Source of the DNA: a virus
Virus record (IMG/VR): IMGVR_UViG_3300020048_000018
Location: 64,001 to 128,000 of that record
Direction: 5' to 3' (one strand)
Length of the DNA stretch: 64,000 nucleotides
A model generated the notes under the pieces. The model was not told the origin of the DNA. It did no database searches and was given only the letters and a program-made list of their open reading frames with translations. Positions 26,674-36,463 of the stretch are shown here, in pieces. Position 1 is the stretch's first letter; every line of letters starts with the position of its first letter. A program made the translations under genes and the position numbers.

Positions 26674-28572
26674 ATGGCAAATGAAGAAAGAATTGCAGAG
26701 CTTGTAAAAGATATTAAATTTTATCAAGACGATTATTACAATGGGGGACAAACAATCTCGGACTCCGATTTTGATGACCTCTGGAATGAACTCACAAAAC
26801 TTGACCCTAAAAACCCCATCTTGGGTGCGATAGGGTCAGACATGGAAGATGATGTTGAGGAAAGCTTCGATGGATTTGCAAAAGCAAAGCATATAATCCC
26901 AATGGGTTCTCAGCAAAAAGCCGCAAGTCCCGAGGAGTTTCTTACTTGGGGTAAAAAACATATCTATCCTGAGTACCTTGTCCAATTCAAATGTGATGGT
27001 GCTAGTTTAGAACTACAATATGAAAAAGGAATTCTACTTCGGGGTATTACCCGTGGAGACGGAAATTTTGGTGACGATATCACAGACAATGTTCGTAAGA
27101 TGAAAAATGTTGTTCTTAAACTTCCTGTACCTTTTACTGGGGGTATTCGTGGAGAAGTAATTATGGAGCATACTGTTCATAAAAACTTTTTTTCTGATAA
27201 AGCAAATTGTAGAAACGCCGCTGTAGGTCTTATGAAAAAGAAAGACGGAACAGGTTCAGAACATCTTAAAGTTATAACCTACGATGCAACTCCTACAGAC
27301 GGTAATTCCTACTTTATTACAGAGGAAGACAAAATCGAATGGCTCAAAGAAATGGGTTTCGAGATTGTAACTACAGTTATAGTGGAATCACTGGAAGAAG
27401 TAATTGATTATCGAGCACAAGTAATGTCTACTCGTCCTTCACTTGATTATGATATTGATGGTCTTGTTGTTAAGAACAACAGTATTGATCAGGCTGACCT
27501 TGCTAAACATCGTCCAGACAAACAGATTGCTTTTAAGTTCTCACTCGATGAAGCAGTAGCACCAATCCTCTCGGTTCGTTGGAGTGAGACCGGTGCTTCC
27601 TATACCCCAGTTGCACAGATTGAACCTACACAACTTTGTGGTACAACCGTTAGACAAGCAAACCTTTGTAATCCTAACATGATTACAAAAATGGATCTTA
27701 GAATTGGTTCACTCATTGTTATCACAAAACGTGGTGAGATTATTCCTAAGATTGAATCCCTTGTGGAAAATCCTGAAGGTTCAACACCAATTGAAATTCC
27801 TACGGAATGTTCTACCTGTGGTTCTAAACTTGTAAATGAAGGTACCCGATTGTATTGCCCGAACAGCACTTGCAGTAAAAAAGGTATTCATCAGATTATG
27901 AAATGGATAAAGACTCTTAAAATAAAAGAGTTTGGTACTGCTCTGGTAGATAGTCTCTACAGAGAAAAACTTATTACTTCCATTTATAGCTTGTATGTTT
28001 TGAAAACTTCTGACCTTGCAAACCTTGATCGTATGGGTGAAAAAAGTGCTTTGAAAGTATTGAAGAACCGAGATGCAATTAAATCAATTTCACTTCCTAA
28101 GTTTATTGCCGGATTTGACATTGAGGATATCGGACAGACTCTTGTAGAAAAACTTGAAGCAAGTGGATTTGATACTCTTGAAAAAATCTTAAAGATTAGA
28201 GTTTCTGAGATTTCTGACTTAAAGGGATTCAATACGATTACTGCTGAAAAGATTGTTAAGGGTCTTTCTGAAAATGCAGACCAGATGAGAAAACTTTCAA
28301 AAGATTTCATCACGATTGAACAGAAGTCCTTGCCAACAGATGGAGGAAAACTTAAGGGAATGTCCTTTGTATTCACCGGAGCACTTAATAATATTAAGAG
28401 AGCTGAAGCTGAAGATTTGGTTAAATCTTTGGGGGGTACAATTACGAGTGTTAATAAAAATTTATCGTTCCTTGTGACAAATGAATCCAGTAGTTCCGCA
28501 AAGTATCTAAAAGCATCTGAACTAGGTATTCCTGTCATTGATGAAGAAACTTTCTTAAATATGACAAGATAA
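26674..28572 (+). CDS. ligA: NAD-dependent DNA ligase
   Basis: YYNG...ISDSDFD.L, FKCDG, ITRGDG..GDDIT, IRGEV, IDGLVVK, AFKF, KRGEIIP, C..C Zn finger, HhH repeats, C-terminal BRCT (FVFTGAL). Confidence 0.95.
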   Translation: MANEERIAELVKDIKFYQDDYYNGGQTISDSDFDDLWNELTKLDPKNPILGAIGSDMEDDVEESFDGFAKAKHIIPMGSQQKAASPEEFLTWGKKHIYPEYLVQFKCDGASLELQYEKGILLRGITRGDGNFGDDITDNVRKMKNVVLKLPVPFTGGIRGEVIMEHTVHKNFFSDKANCRNAAVGLMKKKDGTGSEHLKVITYDATPTDGNSYFITEEDKIEWLKEMGFEIVTTVIVESLEEVIDYRAQVMSTRPSLDYDIDGLVVKNNSIDQADLAKHRPDKQIAFKFSLDEAVAPILSVRWSETGASYTPVAQIEPTQLCGTTVRQANLCNPNMITKMDLRIGSLIVITKRGEIIPKIESLVENPEGSTPIEIPTECSTCGSKLVNEGTRLYCPNSTCSKKGIHQIMKWIKTLKIKEFGTALVDSLYREKLITSIYSLYVLKTSDLANLDRMGEKSALKVLKNRDAIKSISLPKFIAGFDIEDIGQTLVEKLEASGFDTLEKILKIRVSEISDLKGFNTITAEKIVKGLSENADQMRKLSKDFITIEQKSLPTDGGKLKGMSFVFTGALNNIKRAEAEDLVKSLGGTITSVNKNLSFLVTNESSSSAKYLKASELGIPVIDEETFLNMTR

Positions 28573-28604
28573 TTATTTGCATTAATTCCAACTAACTTCC
28601 TATC

Positions 28605-28847
28605 ATGCCAATGAAAATCTTGGACATCTTGGAAGTTTGTTTGGTTTTAAAGGAAACAGAGCTTACCCCAGAACAAAAACACAAACTTATCAGTGTGAAC
28701 TTCCGAACTACTAAGGTTTTAGAGGATGAAAAATGCGAAAATTGTATAAAACATCGATATGTCTTAAAATGTACTAAAATAATGTGTATATTACTTAGAT
28801 CTTATGTTTTTGGAAATTGCATTTGTAATCAATATTCTAAAAAATAG
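28605..28847 (+). CDS. Small Cys-rich hypothetical protein
   Basis: ORF track. Confidence 0.45.
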   Translation: MPMKILDILEVCLVLKETELTPEQKHKLISVNFRTTKVLEDEKCENCIKHRYVLKCTKIMCILLRSYVFGNCICNQYSKK

Positions 28848-28890
28848 TTTTGAACTTTTTCAAAATATCCTATATATTATATATGTAAGG
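28845..28890 (+). promoter_or_regulatory. Class I repeated promoter
   Basis: TAGTTTTGAACTTTTTCAAAATATCCTATATATTATATATGTAAGG. Confidence 0.8.
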
Positions 28891-28908
28891 ATGAAAAAGG
28901 GGTCAAAT

Positions 28909-30060
28909 ATGAAATATGAAGTAGTTAAAGTGGCTTTTCCTGAGTTTATGGACTATCTCGAACGAATGAACAAAAAAATCAAAAAGTTTGGAAAAGCCAT
29001 CACAATTGAAAATACTGAGGAAGCTACCAAGTATGATGACCGAAAGAACCCCTACCAAGTAGTTCTTGTTACCCTGAGTAACCCTGAAATAGTCAGTAAT
29101 GGGAAGAATGTTACCTCTGTAGGAATGATTTCCATAAAAGACGGAATAAAAACCGTCTACAACACCAATGAAAAGTTTGTCTTGAATACAATGGAATTGA
29201 GATGCGATCATTGCAATAAGAATCGAAAAAGAAATAAATACTACGTCTTTGAAGAAAACGGTAAAGCCCTTATGATAGGCTCAGGATGTTCCGAGGAATA
29301 TTTTGGTATAAATGTTGAGGGTTACATCCAAAGTTACTTCGACTATTTTGGAACTCCCGATGATGAAGACTCCAAAGGTGAGGATTTTTCCAATATTTCT
29401 AACTATGGCGACAATATCAATGTTGTAATTCAGGCGGTTTACCTCGCCACCAATAAATGGACTAAGTATTTAAGCAGGGATAAAGCTGAAATAATGGGGA
29501 CTACCTCTACCGCAACCTCAGTAGCCGGTATCTTAGGAAATAAATTCGAGTATATCTATAATAGGGACTATTCCCTTCGCCCCGAACTCGAAGGTCTGGA
29601 TTGCGAGGAGGTTAAAAAAACTTTAATCTCTAAGTATTCCAATATGGTTCCTACAGGGGATTTTGAGTACAATATCAAATCCATGCTTTTCTATGAAGAT
29701 GATACCCTCCGAGACGTTTTCAAGTCTGTAGGAATAGTTGCTTTCGCAATTTTCAAAGCCATGCAACGTGAACCTGAGGAAGGTCCGAAACAAGAAAGCA
29801 AATACCTTGGTGCAGTAGGTGACAAAGTTCAATGCAAAGTAACCCTCAAGGATGTTCGCTCCTTCGATACCATGTATGGTACAAGCTACCTAATGACTTT
29901 CGATGATGAAGCAGGGAATGTCATAAAAACTTTTACCACTGGTGCAATCGTCGATGTAGAAGTTGGAACCGTCCTTACTATCAAAGGTACTATCAAGGTA
30001 CTCGAAGAATACAAAGGGGTAAAAAATACCCAACTTACCCGAGTGAAAATTGTAAACTAA
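28909..30060 (+). CDS. Phage hypothetical protein with Zn-binding motif and C-terminal OB-like fold
   Basis: CDHC..NR.R...Y, IGSGC; C-terminal YLGAVGDKV...YGTSYL..F.DE.GN...TF....TIK..EEYKG..TQL.RVK; start moved from 28804 to 28909. Confidence 0.7.
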   Translation: MKYEVVKVAFPEFMDYLERMNKKIKKFGKAITIENTEEATKYDDRKNPYQVVLVTLSNPEIVSNGKNVTSVGMISIKDGIKTVYNTNEKFVLNTMELRCDHCNKNRKRNKYYVFEENGKALMIGSGCSEEYFGINVEGYIQSYFDYFGTPDDEDSKGEDFSNISNYGDNINVVIQAVYLATNKWTKYLSRDKAEIMGTTSTATSVAGILGNKFEYIYNRDYSLRPELEGLDCEEVKKTLISKYSNMVPTGDFEYNIKSMLFYEDDTLRDVFKSVGIVAFAIFKAMQREPEEGPKQESKYLGAVGDKVQCKVTLKDVRSFDTMYGTSYLMTFDDEAGNVIKTFTTGAIVDVEVGTVLTIKGTIKVLEEYKGVKNTQLTRVKIVN

Positions 30061-30084
30061 TTTAATAGCTACAGGAGATTTATT

Positions 30085-31116
30085 ATGAATGAAAACGATT
30101 CCCTTCCTAACTTGGAAGTTGACAAAGTTGCTTTAAATAAAGTAGAACATGAGGGACGTTCTGCTACCCACTATGGTACATGCCAAGCTTGTATGAGACA
30201 ACAGAAGGCACCGGGTGGGGTCTTGGCTAAACATGGTTATGTAGTGGCTAAGTATGGTTTTTTTGTTGGAACTTGTCCGGGTTCTGGACAACTACCTTTT
30301 GAGGTCTCCTGTGATTATATCATAAGTAGAATAATTCCTGCACTATATACCCAAATTGACTGGATTACAAAAGAACAAGAAAAACCTTTCCCCCAATTTC
30401 CCCGAGTGGCTTTTTGGGATACAGTTCATCGGTATACCACCGAAGCAACTGTAGTTAAAAGTGACCTTGGGAAAACTGTTTTAGTTGATGATAAGGGTGA
30501 ATTACTAAAGTACAAACATAATGTAGGCTATGCAGGATTGCTTGTAGCACATGGAGAGATGAAAAAGACTTTAGCCTATTCGCTACAGAATCTCCTTAAT
30601 AGTACGAAGGGTAACTTAAAAGAATGTGAACATATGGTTGATACTTGGAAAGAACAACCCCTTAAAAAGATTTTGAACTCCGAAGAACTTTATGCCAAAA
30701 AATTGGAAAAACCTCTATCATCTTCTGAAAAGGATTGTTTTTTAAGCCTCCTTCTTGTGAGAAAATCCTTTTCTTTCAACCTAAGGAAGCCTCTTACCTC
30801 CGCAGAAAAGTCTAGACAAAGGGTTTTAGAAAAATTAAGAAGTCTTGGTGCGGTTCTTCATTCAATTGATAATAACTCCTCAGAGTATTCTCTTAATCCT
30901 AGCTATGTCCCCACAAAAGAAATGCTTACACCTAATTTTGATACTAAGACACAAGAAAAAGTATGGGAAGCAGTTAAAACTGGGGTTTTTGTCCCCAACT
31001 ACAAAGTAGATGATTTTGATCCAAAGTTTGAGGTAGTTGAAAGATTCCTAAGACATAAGTTTTTTGTAGGAACCTACGAAAAACCAGAAATTAACCCAAA
31101 ATTGCTGAGTTTTTAA
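30085..31116 (+). CDS. Phage hypothetical protein with N-terminal Zn-ribbon-like motif
   Basis: GTCQAC...LAKHGY...GTCPGS. Confidence 0.65.
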   Translation: MNENDSLPNLEVDKVALNKVEHEGRSATHYGTCQACMRQQKAPGGVLAKHGYVVAKYGFFVGTCPGSGQLPFEVSCDYIISRIIPALYTQIDWITKEQEKPFPQFPRVAFWDTVHRYTTEATVVKSDLGKTVLVDDKGELLKYKHNVGYAGLLVAHGEMKKTLAYSLQNLLNSTKGNLKECEHMVDTWKEQPLKKILNSEELYAKKLEKPLSSSEKDCFLSLLLVRKSFSFNLRKPLTSAEKSRQRVLEKLRSLGAVLHSIDNNSSEYSLNPSYVPTKEMLTPNFDTKTQEKVWEAVKTGVFVPNYKVDDFDPKFEVVERFLRHKFFVGTYEKPEINPKLLSF

Positions 31117-31549
31117 AATAAAACTTAAATTAAGTGAAAAAGTTTTGAACTTTTCCTAAATATCCTATATATTATATATGTAAGCCTATAGGAAGAACTT
31201 AGGAGGAATATATGTTACAAGAAAACGTGATTAAAGCCGGTCAGGAAATAGCAAATGACCTTATGGATGCTCATGTATCTAAAACTATGGGAAATCTGGG
31301 AGGTCATGTCATAAGAAGTGTGTCGGACTACAATAATAGTGATCTTATTCAGAAATATCTAGACGACGAAATTTGCAGTGTCGAAGCAATTTACCTAGCA
31401 ATGAAACGTGCGGAGGATGTAAGCAGATAGGTTTAGTGTATGATAGGGCGTAGCCATGCAACCAACAAAAGAAAATATTAAAATAAAACTTAAATTAGGT
31501 GAAAAGTTTTGAACTTTTCCTAAATATCCTATATATTATATATGTAAGC
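31113..31549 (+). repeat. Near-identical direct repeats of about 72 bp, each containing a class I promoter (31113-31185, 31478-31549), flanking one small ORF
   Basis: TTAAAATAAAACTTAAATTA(A/G)GTGAAAA(A)GTTTTGAACTTTTCCTAAATATCCTATATATTATATATGTAAGC. Confidence 0.9.
31212..31430 (+). CDS. Hypothetical protein inside promoter-repeat cassette
   Basis: ORF track; AGGAGG RBS. Confidence 0.65.
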   Translation: MLQENVIKAGQEIANDLMDAHVSKTMGNLGGHVIRSVSDYNNSDLIQKYLDDEICSVEAIYLAMKRAEDVSR

Positions 31550-31565
31550 TATAAAGGAGCCAAAA

Positions 31566-32498
31566 ATGGCAAGTCAAATCTTAGAGAATGATTCAATGTT
31601 TTCAGCACACGGGATTCGCCCTTGGCATGGTCTTGGTACCGTAATTGATGATGCACCATCTTCTGAAGATGCAATTCGTATTGCAGGTCTTGACTGGAGC
31701 ATCGAACAAGTCCAGATTTATGCAGGAACCAAAGAAGTTGATGGCTACTTTGGAAACGTTCGCTCTGACACCAAAGAGTGTGTTGGAATCATCACCGATA
31801 AATACAAGATCGTCCAGAACTCCGAAGCTTTTTCTTTCGTGGATGATATCATGGCACAGAAAGACCTTCCCTGCAAGTACGAAACCGCAGGAAGTCTCTT
31901 TAACGGTCGCCGTGTTTGGATGTTGGTTGAAATGCCCACCCGAACACTTCTTGGAGATGAAGTAAAGAATTATCTTTGGGTATCCAATTCCCATGATGGT
32001 ACTTCCTCCATGAAAGCAGGTATCAGCCCCATCCGTGTTGTCTGCAACAATACCCTTACTGCCGCTCTCAATTCTTCACCCCGAGTCTGGTCTTTCCGTC
32101 ACATGGGTGATCTGGAAAACAGAAAACGGGAAGCTATGGAAACCCTCGGTCTTGCTACCGACTACCTCGATGAACTCGAATCTTTTGCCGAGATGATGGC
32201 TTCCAAAAAAGTCAACATCATCAAGTTCGTGGACAAACTTTTCCCTATCGACGAGGAAGCCACCGACCGCCAGATTTTTACCATCGAAGAAGAAAAACGG
32301 AAGATTATCAGTCTGTCCGAAGTTGCGAACATCTCCAACTTCAAGGGTACTGCTTGGGGTGCTTGGAATGCTGTTGCAGACCATATCTCCAACTCTGACC
32401 CGAAACGCAAAACTGACACCCTGCAACGTTCCAAGTTCGTGGACTTCATGGACGGTTCAAAACTTCTGGTTCGAGCACAGAAGATTCTTACCGCATAA
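31566..32498 (+). CDS. DUF932/DUF945-family phage/plasmid-like protein
   Basis: PWHGLGT, AGLDW, Y..VQN.EAF.F.D, YETAGSL.NGRRVW, NSHDG, PIRVVCNNTL, H.G, GT.WGA.NAV. Confidence 0.88.
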   Translation: MASQILENDSMFSAHGIRPWHGLGTVIDDAPSSEDAIRIAGLDWSIEQVQIYAGTKEVDGYFGNVRSDTKECVGIITDKYKIVQNSEAFSFVDDIMAQKDLPCKYETAGSLFNGRRVWMLVEMPTRTLLGDEVKNYLWVSNSHDGTSSMKAGISPIRVVCNNTLTAALNSSPRVWSFRHMGDLENRKREAMETLGLATDYLDELESFAEMMASKKVNIIKFVDKLFPIDEEATDRQIFTIEEEKRKIISLSEVANISNFKGTAWGAWNAVADHISNSDPKRKTDTLQRSKFVDFMDGSKLLVRAQKILTA

Positions 32499-32502
32499 CC
32501 CT

Positions 32503-32533
32503 AAGGGGGAGGAAACTCCCCCTTCATTTTTTT
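32503..32533 (+). terminator. Intrinsic terminator
   Basis: AAGGGGGAG-GAAA-CTCCCCCTT then T-rich. Confidence 0.8.
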
Positions 32534-32543
32534 GGAGGTTTTT

Positions 32544-32843
32544 ATGAAAGAAAATAATGTTAATATAGATACAGGTAATGAAGGGGATGATATAGTTAAA
32601 TCTGGATATCCCATACTTCGTGCAGACAAGATTCATTGCCTGTATGTCCCGTCTAAAGTTGCTCTGGAAGTTGATGCTATCGGAAATGGAAGTCATCCAA
32701 ATCTTATGGTAACGGTTTCAGAGAAGTTTGGAAAAAGTTTTCCAATATCATTCACTGACTATGGAAGCATGTGGGACGTTTTTTCAGCTACGGCAGAAAA
32801 GTCTGGAATACGAGTTACTCTCTATCAACCGGAGCATTCATGA
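32544..32843 (+). CDS. Hypothetical protein
   Basis: ORF track 32532 (TTG); ATG 32544 follows GGAGG. Confidence 0.55.
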   Translation: MKENNVNIDTGNEGDDIVKSGYPILRADKIHCLYVPSKVALEVDAIGNGSHPNLMVTVSEKFGKSFPISFTDYGSMWDVFSATAEKSGIRVTLYQPEHS

Positions 32844-33016
32844 ACTCTGAATCCAGTGATTTTAGCAAAGAAGTTGAAAAACAACTTTCGAATATGACTG
32901 AACGGGTTTGTAATCTTTTAGGAGTTTCTGAAAAAGGGTACACAATCTCTCGGTGCAAAGTAATTACAAAAGAACAAATACGTGATGCGATATCTAATCG
33001 CCCCATAAGAAGGTAA
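32840..33016 (+). CDS. Hypothetical protein
   Basis: ORF track 32771..33016; start moved to 32840. Confidence 0.5.
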   Translation: MNSESSDFSKEVEKQLSNMTERVCNLLGVSEKGYTISRCKVITKEQIRDAISNRPIRR

Positions 33017-33018
33017 AT

Positions 33019-33678
33019 ATGACAGAAAAAAAAACAGACAAGAGCTATGGAGTGGTGGGACTTACCAGATGGAGCAGTTCCAAAAATGAAAATTTTTTTG
33101 GTACTGATGTTAAATCTTCTACTGGAGTGAAGCTTTCTATATCTCAGGCAAATATCCGAAGGGAAGGTTCTCAGGATTATATTTTCGACGAACAACTTCT
33201 TATTGAAGTGGAGTTATCCCCAATCCAATTTGCTGACATGGTTACAAATATGAATGTAGGTTGCGGAGTTCCTTGCACAATCAAGGCTTTTAAAACTGAT
33301 GAAAAAATAGAGCATTATAAATATGAAGTAACTGAACCAAAGGTTGATCTTTTCAAGAAAGAATACAATGAAAAAATCTCTAGTTCTAAAAGATTAATTA
33401 AAAATGCACAGGATATAATCAAGACCTCAAAGTTGAGTAAGAAGGAACAAGAATCAATAGGTAATCTTCTTTTCTCCATAGGAAATGAAATTGATAGTAA
33501 TAGCCATTTCATAAGAAAACAGTTCGAGGAATTCATTGACCTTTCTACCATGGAAGCAAAGAAAAATGTCGATTATCACATCGAAAATACGATGATCTCC
33601 CTTGGAAAAGAAAAACTTCAAGAAGTTATTGAATCAGGAACTTTCAATATATCTCTGCCTGAGACTACAGATGATTGA
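33019..33678 (+). CDS. Phage hypothetical protein
   Basis: ORF track. Confidence 0.65.
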   Translation: MTEKKTDKSYGVVGLTRWSSSKNENFFGTDVKSSTGVKLSISQANIRREGSQDYIFDEQLLIEVELSPIQFADMVTNMNVGCGVPCTIKAFKTDEKIEHYKYEVTEPKVDLFKKEYNEKISSSKRLIKNAQDIIKTSKLSKKEQESIGNLLFSIGNEIDSNSHFIRKQFEEFIDLSTMEAKKNVDYHIENTMISLGKEKLQEVIESGTFNISLPETTDD

Positions 33679-33820
33679 AACTAATCCCCGAGTTTGTACC
33701 CGATGTGGAAAAACTGTACCCTTAAACGAAGGGATTATTGATAACACTGACCCAAATAACAGGAGCTTGATTTGCGACGATTGTTATGAAATACTTTTCA
33801 GTGAAATAATGAACGATTAA
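33674..33820 (+). CDS. Small Zn-finger protein (CTRC...CDDC)
   Basis: ORF track 33602..33820; start moved to 33674. Confidence 0.5.
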   Translation: METNPRVCTRCGKTVPLNEGIIDNTDPNNRSLICDDCYEILFSEIMND

Positions 33821-33832
33821 GGAGTTATAAAT

Positions 33833-34327
33833 ATGTTTGTAGCAGTACCTATTTACAAAAAAATTAATGGCATTTTTGGGATTGTCGATATCAAAATCCA
33901 CTCAGGACAACTCATATCTACTACTTCGGATTCAATATTCAACTACGAGATATTAAAAATAAAAATAGGTAAAAAGGACATACGAGTTTCATCTGAATTT
34001 GCAAATGAAGATAAGTATTTTGTATGTAAAAAAATAAGGTCTGATGTTGAAAAGGAACTTAATTCTCTTGTAATTATGGGGAATACTGCAAAAGCAATTC
34101 TTATTAATAACGGAGACACAAAAAACTTGGAAAAGAGAATTGAGAAAACAAAAAAGTTTTTTCAAAGAAAGTTGAGAACCATTTTATTCAAAGTGTCCTT
34201 TTGGGAATTTATTTATTTTATGTTTCCATCTGAGGAAAACGAAGACACTTATATCCATAGCTATTATAGGAGAGACAAATATAATGGTAAGAGTATCTAT
34301 TCTAAAAAGAAGTATTATGAATCCTGA
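33833..34327 (+). CDS. Hypothetical protein
   Basis: ORF track; AAGGAG RBS. Confidence 0.55.
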   Translation: MFVAVPIYKKINGIFGIVDIKIHSGQLISTTSDSIFNYEILKIKIGKKDIRVSSEFANEDKYFVCKKIRSDVEKELNSLVIMGNTAKAILINNGDTKNLEKRIEKTKKFFQRKLRTILFKVSFWEFIYFMFPSEENEDTYIHSYYRRDKYNGKSIYSKKKYYES

Positions 34328-34394
34328 TAATTGAAAGGCTAAATAGAAAGGAACAGGGAAACCCTGAAATAGCGTTTGTAGAAGTTTCCTATTA

Positions 34395-34426
34395 AAAAGG
34401 GTGTCCAGAAAACTGGACACCCTTTT
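34395..34426. terminator. Bidirectional intrinsic terminator
   Basis: AAAAGGGTGTCCAG-AAAA-CTGGACACCCTTTT between convergent genes. Confidence 0.88.
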
Positions 34427-34435
34427 GATTTAGAT

Positions 34436-36463
34436 TTAAGATACGTCTGGAAGTATCTTTTCGGAATATGTAACCCAATTAATAGCATTCTTGTATTCAG
34501 AATAAGACACAGATGGAACAATAATTTGTACAACAGAACTTGGAAATACCAAGGTTCCAATATTTGTAAGTGGTGAAGACCTATTAACTATTACGGTATG
34601 CAACGCATTGCACCCAAGGAAAGCCGAGTTCCCAATAACATTAACAGACTCAGGAAGGGTTATTGTTGTTATAGCTTGACAGCTTTGGAAAGAAGACTCC
34701 CCTATTGTTAAAATACCTGAAGGAAGTATCACACTTAAAAGTGCAGTACAACTCTGGAATAATTTATCTGCAATATTTGTAATTCCTTGAGGAAGTACAA
34801 GAGAAGAAATCTTTGAGCATCCTTGGAATGCACCAGAACCAATTGTGGTTACAGTTGAGGGAACCTCTAATACTTCAAGGTTATAACAATTTTGAAAGGT
34901 GTTAGAGTTTATTGAAACTAGATTATTCGGAAGTGTTACAGAAACTAGCTGAGTACAGGAAATAAATGCTCCTGCCCCAAGAGATAATACTGTCTGAGGA
35001 ATTACCATGCTCGTTAGCATTGAACACTGACTAAACGCATTTGTCCCTATTGAGGTTAAAGATGAAGGAAGGGTAACATTTACCATTAAGCTACACCCCG
35101 AGAAAGTTCCTGACCCAATAGTTTTCACGGAAGATGGGATAGATAAAGAAGTAATCCCTGAGTTCTTAAATGCATTGTCATCTATTTTAGTTAGACTGCT
35201 TGGAAGACCAACTGTAGAAAGGGATGTACATCCAGAGAATATTCCTTCTGGTAGGATTGAAATTTTATTTGGGACAACAATATCCGTTAGGGAAGTGCAA
35301 CCATCAAAGGCACTTGTTCCTATGAAAGTAAGGGTGTATGGCAAGTCTATTGAAGTTAGTTCAGTACAACCTGCAAAAACAGAAGACCCTAATAGGTTTA
35401 ATGTTGAAGGTAACACGATTTCACTTAATACTTTACATCCTGCAAAAGCGTTTTCTCCAATGCTATTTATTTCGTCCTGAAGTACAATTGAAGAAAGGGA
35501 TTCACAACCAAAGAATAAGTTTGAAGGAATAGTGGTTATTGAGGAAGGAATACTTATTTCAACAAGGGAGGAATTAGAAAAAGAACCAGAACCAATTGAA
35601 GTAACTGTTGGAGGAATTACAATATTTGTAAGACCAGAACAATTCTCAAATACACCAGACCCTATATAAGTCACCGATTCAGGAATTATTAGTGTAGTAA
35701 TAGGAGAGTTTTTGAAAGCATTATCTTCTATACGAACAATAAAATCTGGTATCGATACAACGGTTTCAGTTCCTACAAACGAAGTTAGATTAGTTCCTGT
35801 AATAACAAAACTGGATAGGTCTGTTGTCATAGGATAAATTATATCAGCATACATAGAAAAATATTCAGAACTTTTATAAGCTTCCACGCTCTCATTTGGA
35901 ACTAAAATAACAAAGTTTGGACTACACCCAAGAAATACATCTACTCCTTGGGTAGGTGGAGATATTTGATTGTAAATTGCATAGGAAAGGGACTCACAAT
36001 TCTCAAAAGAGCTTGAACCTATTGAATTAATATTTTCCATAAACTCGATGTGAGTCAAGTTAGTACCAAAAAAGGAGTTGCTTTCAAGAGTAGTAAGGCT
36101 TTGGGGTAATTTTATTCCTGATAGTTTTGTACATCCTTCAAAAGCTCCATACCTAATTTCTAATAAACCAGAAGGAAAAATAACATCTGTAATATATTCC
36201 TTATCCTTAAACACATTTTGATATATGCTTAATACTCCATCAGGTATTATTACATAACTACTTAAGCTGTTGTAAGAAGACAATCCAGATTCATCTATAA
36301 CAAAAGTAGGTACATCCCCTTGTACTGCGATAAGTCTAATCAAAGAACTATAAGTTCTAAAAGGTAACGAGGGTGATACTTCTACCCCTTTCTCAATTAA
36401 AGCTGACCTTATCATGGCTTTTGTTTCTCTTAAATATTCAAGTTTGTTCAATATGATGCTCAT
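34436..36463 (-). CDS. BspA/TpLRR-type leucine-rich repeat protein (probable adhesin or tail component)
   Basis: Many units of about 23 aa: LTSIxLPxxLTxIGxxAFxxC. Confidence 0.9.
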   Translation of the reverse strand: MSIILNKLEYLRETKAMIRSALIEKGVEVSPSLPFRTYSSLIRLIAVQGDVPTFVIDESGLSSYNSLSSYVIIPDGVLSIYQNVFKDKEYITDVIFPSGLLEIRYGAFEGCTKLSGIKLPQSLTTLESNSFFGTNLTHIEFMENINSIGSSSFENCESLSYAIYNQISPPTQGVDVFLGCSPNFVILVPNESVEAYKSSEYFSMYADIIYPMTTDLSSFVITGTNLTSFVGTETVVSIPDFIVRIEDNAFKNSPITTLIIPESVTYIGSGVFENCSGLTNIVIPPTVTSIGSGSFSNSSLVEISIPSSITTIPSNLFFGCESLSSIVLQDEINSIGENAFAGCKVLSEIVLPSTLNLLGSSVFAGCTELTSIDLPYTLTFIGTSAFDGCTSLTDIVVPNKISILPEGIFSGCTSLSTVGLPSSLTKIDDNAFKNSGITSLSIPSSVKTIGSGTFSGCSLMVNVTLPSSLTSIGTNAFSQCSMLTSMVIPQTVLSLGAGAFISCTQLVSVTLPNNLVSINSNTFQNCYNLEVLEVPSTVTTIGSGAFQGCSKISSLVLPQGITNIADKLFQSCTALLSVILPSGILTIGESSFQSCQAITTITLPESVNVIGNSAFLGCNALHTVIVNRSSPLTNIGTLVFPSSVVQIIVPSVSYSEYKNAINWVTYSEKILPDVS

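Noticed and set aside
27600-28538. Long antisense ORFs inside ligA, and similar ones inside pncB, pncA/vWA, DUF932, the LRR genes and 60770
   Set aside because: They lie opposite well-supported genes, lack RBS or motifs, and arise from codon bias on the coding strand.
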